Shown here: in pieces, positions 1 to 8,549 of the stretch | Layout: each line of letters begins with the position of its first letter | How positions within the stretch are numbered: the first letter of the stretch is position 1 | Origin: an uncultured Lachnospiraceae bacterium | GTDB taxonomy: Bacteria; Bacillota; Clostridia; Lachnospirales; Lachnospiraceae | Length of the DNA stretch: 64,000 bases | Direction: 5' to 3' | Assembly: GCA_910588815.1 (NCBI GenBank) | Contig: CAJUQY010000001.1 | Location: forward strand, 60,016-124,015 | Translations under genes and position numbers: made by a program | Notes under the pieces: generated by a model | What the model saw: only the letters and a program-made list of their open reading frames with translations | The model's database searches: none | What the model was told of the DNA's origin: nothing

Positions 1-2
1 TG

Positions 3-2324
3 ATGGATTCCAGCCTGTTTGCAAAGAGCGTGATCACTGCCAATGGTGACGAGAAGATTTCCAAGTATGTCAGTGTCAGCGGCTCCTCTGATTTGTTGGA
101 GTCCATGTCGGTGAAAGGGGTATCGCAGCTTGCGTCAGCGGCCAATGTGCAGTCGAAAGCCATGGGAAGCGGAGCCATTGAGACAGAGATGAGCTATTCC
201 AGCCAGCCCAAGACCTCGAACTTGAGCGGTACGAAGCTGGTGTTCGGCCATTACGGCGACAAGGAGAAGTTTTATGAGAATGGGACTTTCACCTTCCCCA
301 CTTCTTACAAGGATCCCGAGACGAACAAGACGGTAGATATCAATTATATCGCGGAATCGGAAGAGGATTTTAAGAAGCTGGCCGCGGATCTGAATAAGGC
401 CATTGAGGTAAACAAGTTCAAGCTCTCCGACGATGTGACCATCCAGTTTGAGGCGGACGGCACCAACCTGAAGATGCATTATGCGACCGTGAAGGGCGGA
501 ACTTCAAAGTTTGAAATAGATGATTCTCCTGACGGGCGGACGAAGGCGGCAAGCGAGGCCAAAGCCAATGGTTTTGTGATCCGGGAGGCTTCCTCTGCTT
601 TGAGCGCTTTAGGCTTTGACAAGGATCACACGGATGACAGTGATCCGGACAATCCGGTCGGCGCCGTAAGCGGGGAAAGGGGCTATACCCTGGAGGAATA
701 CAACAGCCATGTGGTGGATACGAAAAAGAGCAGCATCCACATTTATGACAATATGGCTGATTATCTGAAGGGCAGGAAGTTCACAGTCACCTACGGCGGG
801 CAGAGCAAGCAGGTGGAGCTGATTACCGAGGCGGATGCAAAAGAACTGTCGGAGGCAGGGGCAGATCTCGATAAGCTGTTTGCAGAGAAAATGGAAAAGA
901 ATCTGGCGAAGGCTTTGGGAACAGGGAAGATAACGGTGTCTGCTGATAAGGCTACAGGGAAGATTTCTTTCAGCGATGCAAAGAACGAGGGGGCGACCCT
1001 CACGATCAATTCCGGCGACTACGCTGTCCGGAAGGAAACAGGCCTGGACAAGATGAGTTCCAATAAAGTCAGCTTGGACAGCAGTTTATATGACAACCGC
1101 ACCAGGCTTTTTGGCGAGGATGCCGCAGATTGGACGAAAGACGAATTTGCCGCTAAGCTGGAGAATTTTACAATCAACGATGTAAAGATCAATGCGACGG
1201 CCGACATGACTGTCAATCAGCTTCTGAACAACATCAATTCCTCTGAGGCCGGAGTGAAAGCGACTTATCTGAATACCAGCAATAAGTTCACCCTTGTCAG
1301 CAAAGAGACCGGCTCCGGGCGGGAGATCAGCCTGGGCGGAGGAGCAGAGGAGATTTTCGGGGGCGAGAGCGTCGACGGCGAGGATGCGGTGATGTATGTG
1401 GATTACGGAACCGGTTCGGCCGAGAGGATTGTGAGTTCTAGCAATACCTTTGACATGGATGGCCTTAAGATCACGGTGTCCGGTGAATTCGGCATTGCAA
1501 AGAATTCTGCGGGTGAGATGCTGGACAGCAATGGAGATCCGCTGGTAGAAAAGGGAGGGGCGACACCCCAATTTGACAATACCGAGTCATTGACCTTTAC
1601 CGCCGCCGCGGATGTGGATAAGGCGACAGAGGCGGTGAAGAAGTTCCTGGAGGATTATAACGCCCTGGTCAAGGCGATCAATACGGAGATCACCACCAAG
1701 CCGGACAAATCCTACGGTCCTCTGACAGACGATCAGAAGGATGAGATGAATGAGACCTCCATTGAGAACTGGGAGAAGAAGGCGAAGTCGGGGCTTTTGT
1801 ACAACAACAGTATTATGCGGGATCTGAGCTTGGATGTCCAGGGGGTCTTGACGAAGGTCATGGGAGGCGGCATTTCCTATGATGATCTGGAAGAGGCCGG
1901 GATCACCATGTCGGACGATCCCTACGACGGCGGCACGCTGAAGTTTGACGAGGCGAAATTCAGAGCGGCCATGAAGGACGACCCGGAGAAGGTGGGCAGG
2001 GTTTTCGCCGGGGACGGAGGGATAAACAAAGGGCTGGGGGGAGTTGTGAATGACACCCTGAAGCAGTATGCGACCCGCTACACATATCTGAACGGCGGCT
2101 CCTACGGACGCCTTGTGGAGGAGGCGGGCTCGGAGAAGTGCGTGCTGTCCCTGCAGAATAATACGATCTATAGGCAGCTGAAGGATATGCAGGAGAGCCT
2201 GGCCAATCTGCAGAGCAAGTTAAAGACGGAGCAGGATCGTTATATTCAGATGTTTACAACCATGGAGAAAGCGATCAGCAGCATGAACAGCCAGTCCAGC
2301 TACCTGTCATCCATCTCAGGCTGA
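3..2324 (+). CDS. fliD: Flagellar filament cap protein FliD (hook-associated protein 2); probably 5'-truncated by the window edge
   Basis: The 773-aa ORF is open to the window start. The central segment 'FTINDVKINATADMTVNQLLNNINSSEAGVKATY' and the C-terminal coiled coil 'LQSKLKTEQDRYIQMFTTMEKAISSMNSQSSYL' are typical of FliD. fliS follows directly. Confidence 0.8.
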   Translation: MDSSLFAKSVITANGDEKISKYVSVSGSSDLLESMSVKGVSQLASAANVQSKAMGSGAIETEMSYSSQPKTSNLSGTKLVFGHYGDKEKFYENGTFTFPTSYKDPETNKTVDINYIAESEEDFKKLAADLNKAIEVNKFKLSDDVTIQFEADGTNLKMHYATVKGGTSKFEIDDSPDGRTKAASEAKANGFVIREASSALSALGFDKDHTDDSDPDNPVGAVSGERGYTLEEYNSHVVDTKKSSIHIYDNMADYLKGRKFTVTYGGQSKQVELITEADAKELSEAGADLDKLFAEKMEKNLAKALGTGKITVSADKATGKISFSDAKNEGATLTINSGDYAVRKETGLDKMSSNKVSLDSSLYDNRTRLFGEDAADWTKDEFAAKLENFTINDVKINATADMTVNQLLNNINSSEAGVKATYLNTSNKFTLVSKETGSGREISLGGGAEEIFGGESVDGEDAVMYVDYGTGSAERIVSSSNTFDMDGLKITVSGEFGIAKNSAGEMLDSNGDPLVEKGGATPQFDNTESLTFTAAADVDKATEAVKKFLEDYNALVKAINTEITTKPDKSYGPLTDDQKDEMNETSIENWEKKAKSGLLYNNSIMRDLSLDVQGVLTKVMGGGISYDDLEEAGITMSDDPYDGGTLKFDEAKFRAAMKDDPEKVGRVFAGDGGINKGLGGVVNDTLKQYATRYTYLNGGSYGRLVEEAGSEKCVLSLQNNTIYRQLKDMQESLANLQSKLKTEQDRYIQMFTTMEKAISSMNSQSSYLSSISG

Positions 2325-2351
2325 CGGGATTGACAGTCGGGAGGAAACAAA

Positions 2352-2756
2352 ATGAATGGATACCAGAAATACAAGGCGCAGAGTGTTTACTCCATGTCCG
2401 GCGCGGAGTTGCTTGTCCTGTTGTATGATGAGGCGCTTAAGCGGATGCGGATGGCGGAGTGTGCTTTGGAGGATAAGGATTACGGTGTGTTTGACAACTG
2501 CATCACCCGCACCGTCCGCATTGTCCGCTATTTGAACTCCATCCTTGACATGGAGCAGCCCATCAGCCAGGAGTTTAGAACCATCTACGAGTATATGTTC
2601 TTTGATCTGAGCGCGATCAAGGCCGGCAGGGAGCGGAGGAAAGAGGACATTGCACAGGTGATCCGTGTTTTGAAGGAATTCCGGGATGGATTTGAGGAGG
2701 CAGGGAAACAGGTACAGGGTGTGCGTACCGCGACGGCAAAGAGTGTTACTGGATAG
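2352..2756 (+). CDS. fliS: Flagellin-specific export chaperone FliS
   Basis: 134-aa ORF. The N-terminus 'YQKYKAQSVYSMSGAELLVLLYDEALKRM' fits the FliS family pattern, and the gene lies directly downstream of fliD. Confidence 0.85.
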   Translation: MNGYQKYKAQSVYSMSGAELLVLLYDEALKRMRMAECALEDKDYGVFDNCITRTVRIVRYLNSILDMEQPISQEFRTIYEYMFFDLSAIKAGRERRKEDIAQVIRVLKEFRDGFEEAGKQVQGVRTATAKSVTG

Positions 2757-2764
2757 GTGGGGCC

Positions 2765-3172
2765 ATGGCGTTAGACTTAGAACAGGTGATGCTCCTTCTC
2801 CAAAAGCGTTATAATTCCCTGAAACGTGTGGATGAATTGACGGATGAACTTCGGAGCGCCTTTGACAGGCACGATGAAGTTTCCGCTTCCCTGCTTCTGG
2901 ATATGAGGGCAGAAGAATTGGCAGAGGTGGATAACAGCCAGGGCCGGATCTGGGATCTGGCCGGGGCTGGGAAAGAGGATGCAAGAGAAGTCCGGAGATT
3001 GATGTACAATGATCCCTTTGCCGTCCCCAAGACAGACTGTTGGGAAGAAAATAAAATCTTTGAAGTGCGGCGGAAGACGGTTCAGCTTCTGGAACAGCTG
3101 CAGGACAAAGACCGCCGCATGAATCTGAGTGCGGGGGGTGAGAGATCATATTATAGGACAAAAGAGAAATGA
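2765..3172 (+). CDS. Hypothetical helical protein in the FliT position
   Basis: 135-aa charged helical ORF, 9 nt after fliS. It has no diagnostic motif, so the call is positional only. Confidence 0.4.
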   Translation: MALDLEQVMLLLQKRYNSLKRVDELTDELRSAFDRHDEVSASLLLDMRAEELAEVDNSQGRIWDLAGAGKEDAREVRRLMYNDPFAVPKTDCWEENKIFEVRRKTVQLLEQLQDKDRRMNLSAGGERSYYRTKEK

Positions 3173-3228
3173 TACCAGAAAAAAGGTGTCCGAAGATTGA
3201 TAAATATCATTGAAAGGAGGAAATTAAT

Positions 3229-4566
3229 ATGTCAATTAGTGGTATATCGGGCGGCGGCTATGGATATGGCTATTCATCTTCCATCAATAACCTGCTTCAG
3301 CTGTCGTCACTTAAATCGACTGCTTCCTACAGTGCAATCAGTGCGGTTAACCGTGTATCTTCTACAAACAAAAACACCTCGGCATATGCCAGTGTGACCA
3401 GCTTTTTAAAGGATTATCAGTCCGAACTGACCGGCCTGGAGGCGGCGGCGGCTAAGCTGCAGACAAGTGTAAGCGGAAATGTCTTTACGGAGCTGGAGGC
3501 CGGGTCTACAGATGAAGCTGTGGCGACAGCCCAGAGATCCTGGCGTTTAGAGGCGGGCCTGGATGTGGATCTGGAAGTCCATGCGGTTGCCCAGTCCCAG
3601 AGAAATGTCAGTGTCGCCAATCTTGCAACGGATCAGGCTGAGGAGGATATGGAGTTTGAGATTGCGGGCCCTGGCGGCAATCAGACGATCTCCATCAGCA
3701 GCACCAATGCCAATGGGACAAAGAAAACGTATAAACAGATGTATCAGGAGGCGGCTAAGGCAGTCAATGCAAATTCCAAAACGGGCGTCAAGGCCTCCGT
3801 GGAGGGCGAGAACGGAAAAGTGTCTCTGGTACTCACCGGAAAGAATACAGGGGAGGCCAATAGCTTCAGCGTCTATGGAAAGACAGGCGCGGCCGCGGGG
3901 CTGGAATATATCGACCGTGCGGCTTCAGATGCAAGCTATACAGTGACCCAGAATGGATATTCCCAGAGTTATACTTCAGACACCAACAAAGTAAGCATTG
4001 CTTATGGCAGAGTTGATGTGGAACTCAAGAAAGAGGGAAGTACCAACATCTATTCCGGTGTCGATACGGATCGGATTACGGATGCGGTGCAGGATCTGGT
4101 AGACAGCTATAATTCTGTCACCAACCTTTTAGAGGCAAATTCCGGCCGCGGCAGAGGGACGGCGGCTCATCTGACTTCTTTCCAGAGAGGCATGGCCCAT
4201 GAGAAGACTCTGGCGGCTCTTGGCATCACGACCAACAAGGCGGGAGACCTGGTTCTGGACAAGGAGAAGCTCACAGAAGCATTGGAAAAGGACTACGATT
4301 TTGTGGTAGATACTTTAGGCGGACAGTTTGGCCTCGCCGAGAAGGCGGCGGAGAAAGCAGACAGAGCTCTTTCTGATTCTGTGCAGAGAATCGTGAGCAA
4401 CGATTTGGGTGGGAACACATCGAGTTCTTCTGGTTCCGGCGGCAGTGCGGGAAGTGCGGCCAGCGCAGGGAATGCCTATACGCAGTTCGCAAATTTTGTC
4501 TCTGGAGGAGCCTATAATCTGGCGAATTATTATGCAGTTGGCATGTTGTTAAATACGATGGCCTGA
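3229..4566 (+). CDS. FliD-like (filament-cap-like) paralogue
   Basis: 445-aa ORF with SD 'aggagg'. It has FliD-like segments 'DLEVHAVAQSQRNVS' and 'LAALGITTNKAGDLVLDKEKLTEALEKDYDFVVDTLGG', but lacks the terminal heptad coiled coil of canonical FliD. Confidence 0.5.
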   Translation: MSISGISGGGYGYGYSSSINNLLQLSSLKSTASYSAISAVNRVSSTNKNTSAYASVTSFLKDYQSELTGLEAAAAKLQTSVSGNVFTELEAGSTDEAVATAQRSWRLEAGLDVDLEVHAVAQSQRNVSVANLATDQAEEDMEFEIAGPGGNQTISISSTNANGTKKTYKQMYQEAAKAVNANSKTGVKASVEGENGKVSLVLTGKNTGEANSFSVYGKTGAAAGLEYIDRAASDASYTVTQNGYSQSYTSDTNKVSIAYGRVDVELKKEGSTNIYSGVDTDRITDAVQDLVDSYNSVTNLLEANSGRGRGTAAHLTSFQRGMAHEKTLAALGITTNKAGDLVLDKEKLTEALEKDYDFVVDTLGGQFGLAEKAAEKADRALSDSVQRIVSNDLGGNTSSSSGSGGSAGSAASAGNAYTQFANFVSGGAYNLANYYAVGMLLNTMA

Positions 4567-4603
4567 AGAAGGCCCCAGAAGACAATTTGAGTGATAGGAA
4601 TAG

Positions 4604-4630
4604 CGGGAGAGGGGATCCCTTTCCCGTTTT
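4604..4630 (+). terminator. Rho-independent terminator after the FliD-like gene
   Basis: The stem cgggagaggg / ccctttcccg contains one G-U pair and is followed by tttt. Confidence 0.5.
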
Positions 4631-4705
4631 CCTTATATGCGAGAAATGCGGAAAGGAAAAAATGCGGTAAAGCTTTTTATGAATAGCAAAGGGTGAAGAT
4701 GAAAG

Positions 4706-5914
4706 ATGAATCAGGTTCTGTTTGAGGGACGGCTGCTGGTCAATATGATCAGCACATTGTTGCATAAGGGAGCGCTCCAGGTGCGATATGGACGTGTCAA
4801 TTGGGAGCGCATATTCAGAACAGCGGACTACCATCGGGTTGCCAATATTATTTATTTAGGACTTTTGGGAAATGGCGACATGGTTCCGGAGCGCTGGATG
4901 GGCCGTTTTTTTGACCGATATCAGGAAGCGTTGATTGGCGGCGGAGGCTGTGAGACGGCAGAACAGGAGATTCTTGCTCTTTTAGATGCAGAGGGAGTGC
5001 CCTGTGTTGTTTTATCTTCTGCAACGATACGCGGTTTATATGAATTGCCTGAGACAGCAGACATGAGCCCTCTTCGCCTATATCTGAGTACAGAAAATTA
5101 TATTTTGGTAAAAGGGTTTTTGGTTGATTTGGGATATGAGACGATCCAAAATTATTCCGATTACGGAGAGCGCATGCACCGGATTTCCGGTATGAATGTG
5201 GACATCTATCAAAAACTGCCTTTTAAGACAAAATATTATGAAAAGGGCATGCGGGAGCTTGCCTTTCGTGCGCGGGTGAGGGCGGGGGGAACAGGCGTCA
5301 GGATATTTTATCCGGAAGACCGGCTGGTGTTTCGATTGGCATCGGCGGCTTACCAGTATGTCGAGGATGCGCTGATTCTTCGGGATATGTTGGATTTGTT
5401 TTTGTATCATAAGGCTTGGAGAGATCAGCTTAATCATGGATATATAAAGAAAAAACTTCAGGGATTTCACGTAGATGTCCTGGCTGATAAGCTTTTGAGG
5501 CTGTCCTATATGTGGTTCGGAGAAAAAGAAGATAAAGAGTACATGCAGACAGTGGGAGAACTGATGGAAGACCTGACTCCTTTCGATATTTTAGAAAACC
5601 GTATTTTTAGCCGGGGGGAGCAGGGAAAGGATAAGGAAACGGATCCCCAGGTTCTTGGCTTAACCAGGCTTTTAAATAAAGAAGAAGAGAGAGAAACAAA
5701 AAAGGCTAAGAGAGAAACACGCCGCAAAAAGAAGGAAGAAAAGAAGAAGGCAAGAGGACGGTTCTGGCGCTGGGTATTTCCGGATTATAAATATATGTCC
5801 GGCTTGTATCCTGCTCTTGAGAAAGCGCCGTTTTTACTTCCATTTTATTGGTTGTCACGGAGCATACGTCTTCTAATTGGAATGTCAAAAAATAGTAATA
5901 AAGAAGACCAATAG
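4706..5914 (+). CDS. Uncharacterised nucleotidyltransferase-family-like protein with Lys/Glu-rich linker and hydrophobic C-terminal helix
   Basis: 402-aa ORF. 'VNWERIFRTADYHRVANIIYLGLL' and 'EGVPCVVLSSATIRGLY' resemble the PF14907-type family as I remember it (not searched). 'KKAKRETRRKKKEEKKKARGRFWRWVF' is followed by a hydrophobic helix. Confidence 0.45.
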   Translation: MNQVLFEGRLLVNMISTLLHKGALQVRYGRVNWERIFRTADYHRVANIIYLGLLGNGDMVPERWMGRFFDRYQEALIGGGGCETAEQEILALLDAEGVPCVVLSSATIRGLYELPETADMSPLRLYLSTENYILVKGFLVDLGYETIQNYSDYGERMHRISGMNVDIYQKLPFKTKYYEKGMRELAFRARVRAGGTGVRIFYPEDRLVFRLASAAYQYVEDALILRDMLDLFLYHKAWRDQLNHGYIKKKLQGFHVDVLADKLLRLSYMWFGEKEDKEYMQTVGELMEDLTPFDILENRIFSRGEQGKDKETDPQVLGLTRLLNKEEERETKKAKRETRRKKKEEKKKARGRFWRWVFPDYKYMSGLYPALEKAPFLLPFYWLSRSIRLLIGMSKNSNKEDQ

Positions 5915-5947
5915 CGTTTAGGCTATTGGTCTTCTTTATTACTATTT
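5890..5947. terminator. Bidirectional terminator: 26-bp perfect inverted repeat between convergent genes
   Basis: Arms 5890-5915 and 5922-5947 are exact reverse complements with a 6-nt loop (gtttag). The hairpin covers the stop codons of both convergent genes. Confidence 0.7.
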
Positions 5948-6196
5948 GTCATGATGATCGTCAGAAGAATGAATATGGGAGAGCGTGTTTTGCAGAGAGA
6001 GGAGCGAATCTGTCGACGGCGCCAACGCACCTTGGTTAATCTGCTCCGCCTCTGACAGTTCCTCACGCAGAATAGATACATGCTTAGGGGCATCAATGGC
6101 AACCCGCACACCGTCTGCCGCACACTCTAAGATCGTAATACGAATATCGTTTCCGATTAAAAAACTTTCACTTTTTTTGCGTCGTATGATCAGCAT
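5942..6196 (-). CDS. csrA: Carbon storage regulator CsrA (flagellin translation repressor type)
   Basis: 84-aa ORF beginning 'MLIIRRKKSESFLIGNDIRITILECAADGVRVAIDAPKHVSILREEL', a classic CsrA fold sequence. It overlaps the fliW stop. Confidence 0.9.
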   Translation of the reverse strand: MLIIRRKKSESFLIGNDIRITILECAADGVRVAIDAPKHVSILREELSEAEQINQGALAPSTDSLLSLQNTLSHIHSSDDHHDK

Positions 6197-6669
6197 ATCT
6201 CCTCTGTCTCCCTGTCTATGCTTTCATTTATAACCGAAAAAGAGTCGAACCTGTGACGATACTGATAAGACGGATCGGAAAGAATCACTTGCATGCCTTT
6301 GCGGGTAATGGGATCAATGACCAAGGGACATTTCAGGTTTACCGTACTCTGCAGATATTCCGCCTGGTTACGTATATTGCAGATCGCGTAGTAGGAAAGC
6401 TCCTCCGCATCCTCCGCATCCAGGAAAGAAAGCTCGGCCTCTGAGAGAACCGGAGCGTAATCCGGATAAAAAATCAAAGGGTTGACGATCGCAAAGACAA
6501 TCTCCGGACGATCTGTCGCCAGCATTAATAAAACCGTATCGTCTCCTTCCGTAAGGCTGAGCAGTAAATAATGCTTCAAATCCTGGAAACCGAAGATTCC
6601 GTCTGGAAACGTGATTAAATCTTTCTCCTCGTATTCAATTTCTCCGTATGCATCGGTCTCAATTATCAT
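6190..6669 (-). CDS. fliW: Flagellar assembly factor FliW (CsrA antagonist)
   Basis: 159-aa ORF with 'ITFPDGIFGFQDLKHYLLL' and 'VNLKCPLVID', typical of FliW. It is adjacent to csrA. Confidence 0.9.
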   Translation of the reverse strand: MIIETDAYGEIEYEEKDLITFPDGIFGFQDLKHYLLLSLTEGDDTVLLMLATDRPEIVFAIVNPLIFYPDYAPVLSEAELSFLDAEDAEELSYYAICNIRNQAEYLQSTVNLKCPLVIDPITRKGMQVILSDPSYQYRHRFDSFSVINESIDRETEEIC

Positions 6670-6684
6670 AATAGTGGTATACTC

Positions 6685-7284
6685 CTAAGCTAACAAATTC
6701 ATAAAACCGTCATCGTCGAACTTCTCGGGGGGAACATAATTGTGTCCGCCTAGATACTCGAAATGCACTTCGGGACGCTGTGTCATGACAGTCATGGTCA
6801 GAGGAGGAAGGAACGCAACCTCTCCGCTGGAAACACGGAACTCAAAGGCCCCACGCTCCATCGTGTAGGCGGAACGACTTTCAGCGCTGACAGCTGCCTG
6901 GACATCACGGGAAGATACCGTGTTGGCAGCGGAAGTTTGCGTGATTTCCGAAGAGACAGACCGGTTGCCGGAAGCGTCTGCTGCGGGGGCGGTATCCGGC
7001 TTCTGAGGAGAACCGCCTTCAACCGTTCCAGGGCGAGAGGAAGATGATGAAAGGGTTTGCTGCGACGATTGGGCGGAAAAAGCGCGGTTGATTTGTTTTA
7101 CAAAACTATAATCAGCGCCTGCCTGTGTGCTCCCAGAAGAGTGCTGCGACTGGAAGGCTCTCATGCGGGCAATAGCCTTTCTGCGTTCCAAATCAACGGA
7201 ATCCGAAGAAACAAGGCGTGCGTTCTGCGTAAAACGAACAGATTGATAGGGCGTAGTCGTGATTTTTAAAAGCTGTCCTGTCAT
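6685..7284 (-). CDS. Hypothetical flagellar-locus protein (position of B. subtilis yviE)
   Basis: 199-aa Ser/Thr/Ala-rich ORF between flgL and fliW. The name is positional only. Confidence 0.5.
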   Translation of the reverse strand: MTGQLLKITTTPYQSVRFTQNARLVSSDSVDLERRKAIARMRAFQSQHSSGSTQAGADYSFVKQINRAFSAQSSQQTLSSSSSRPGTVEGGSPQKPDTAPAADASGNRSVSSEITQTSAANTVSSRDVQAAVSAESRSAYTMERGAFEFRVSSGEVAFLPPLTMTVMTQRPEVHFEYLGGHNYVPPEKFDDDGFMNLLA

Positions 7285-7322
7285 AAGAATACCTCCTTTC
7301 TTGAAAAAAATGTGAATATCGA

Positions 7323-8519
7323 TTAACTCATAAAATCAAATAAGGACATTCCCATAATACTGGAGCTTACTTTCAAAGCGGCCGTATATGAACGATTATA
7401 TGCATACATCTCCATAATAGCTTCATAAGGATCGGCTCCGAGTTTTTCCTTATACTGGGTTTCCAGATTTAATTTGTCATCCTCCAGCCTGGTAAGCGTA
7501 GTTTCGAGCTGACTGCTTTTGCTGCCAAGGCTGCTGTACGCTTTGCCGAGTTTATCTGAGGTGGCCTGGGCCTGTTCGAGAATGCCGCCCATTTTTTTCA
7601 GGAATTCCTCTTTGTCAATGGAAGATGCGCCGCCTGTCGCATCAGTACCTCCGGTATGGGCCCGGTCATTGTCTAAATAAGCCATGTATTTATTCATGGT
7701 GATGATACCCTGGCCGAGAACTCCGATGGCGCTGTTGGCAAGCGCTTTCCCAATTTCAGTTGCGGAAGCAGGATTTGTCGCCATAGCATCGGAAGAAATA
7801 TCCGTCAGCACATTCATACCTCCGGTGTAGGTATCAAGCAGAGTCTTTGTATCATGGATGGAGCCGTAACCCACATCCACATGGCCCTGCTCCTTCATGG
7901 CCTTTTGGAGATCCGCTTCTGTTCCCTTTATTAACTCGAAAGTGTATTCGCCGCCCTGTTCTTTCATCTGAAACTGAAATTCCGTAGCCGACGATGCACC
8001 GGCAAACTTATGGCTGTAGGTCAAAAGCATTGTATTGTCCTTGGAATCATAGGACAGGGCAAAAGGAGTCGTGGAAAGGTCATTGCCGCCAAATACATAA
8101 AAACTTTCATATTTGGAATTTAAATTGTTGATCATGGACTGCTGTTTCTGAATCAAATCATCCCGGATGGTTCCTACAGTTGTAGAAACCTCATTGTTGG
8201 AAGAGTTCATGATATAAGAAATTTTGCTCGCAGCATTATCCTGTCCCGTGGCCAGGACGCTCTGAATTGTGCGGATCCCCTGCTCCTGCTGATTAAGCCG
8301 GTTGTCAATGTCGGTCAGCAGCTGCTTTTTGCTTAGGACATCCTGATATTCTGTATCCATCCGCTGTCCGGAATAGTAAGCCAGAGGGTTCTCGGCCCCG
8401 TTCTCATAGGCCTTGCCGCTGGAGATCTTGTTCATGCTTTTATTTAACTGACTGTGGACATCATTTACCGCGGAAGTATACTGTCTGTAGATAGATGTGT
8501 TTGTTACTCTCATTGCCAT
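7323..8519 (-). CDS. flgL: Flagellar hook-filament junction protein FlgL (HAP3)
   Basis: The flagellin-family N-terminus 'MAMRVTNTSIYRQYTSAVNDVHSQLNKSMNKISSGKAY' follows flgK. I prefer the ATG at 8519 (SD ggag 8 nt upstream) over the GTG at 8528. Confidence 0.8.
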   Translation of the reverse strand: MAMRVTNTSIYRQYTSAVNDVHSQLNKSMNKISSGKAYENGAENPLAYYSGQRMDTEYQDVLSKKQLLTDIDNRLNQQEQGIRTIQSVLATGQDNAASKISYIMNSSNNEVSTTVGTIRDDLIQKQQSMINNLNSKYESFYVFGGNDLSTTPFALSYDSKDNTMLLTYSHKFAGASSATEFQFQMKEQGGEYTFELIKGTEADLQKAMKEQGHVDVGYGSIHDTKTLLDTYTGGMNVLTDISSDAMATNPASATEIGKALANSAIGVLGQGIITMNKYMAYLDNDRAHTGGTDATGGASSIDKEEFLKKMGGILEQAQATSDKLGKAYSSLGSKSSQLETTLTRLEDDKLNLETQYKEKLGADPYEAIMEMYAYNRSYTAALKVSSSIMGMSLFDFMS

Positions 8520-8549
8520 AACGGGCACTCCTTTCCACCGGTTTTATAA

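Noticed and set aside
2316-3161. 281-aa minus-strand ORF
   Set aside because: It is antisense to fliS and the FliT-position ORF. The product is Pro/Ser/Leu-rich and the plus-strand genes have clear family signatures.
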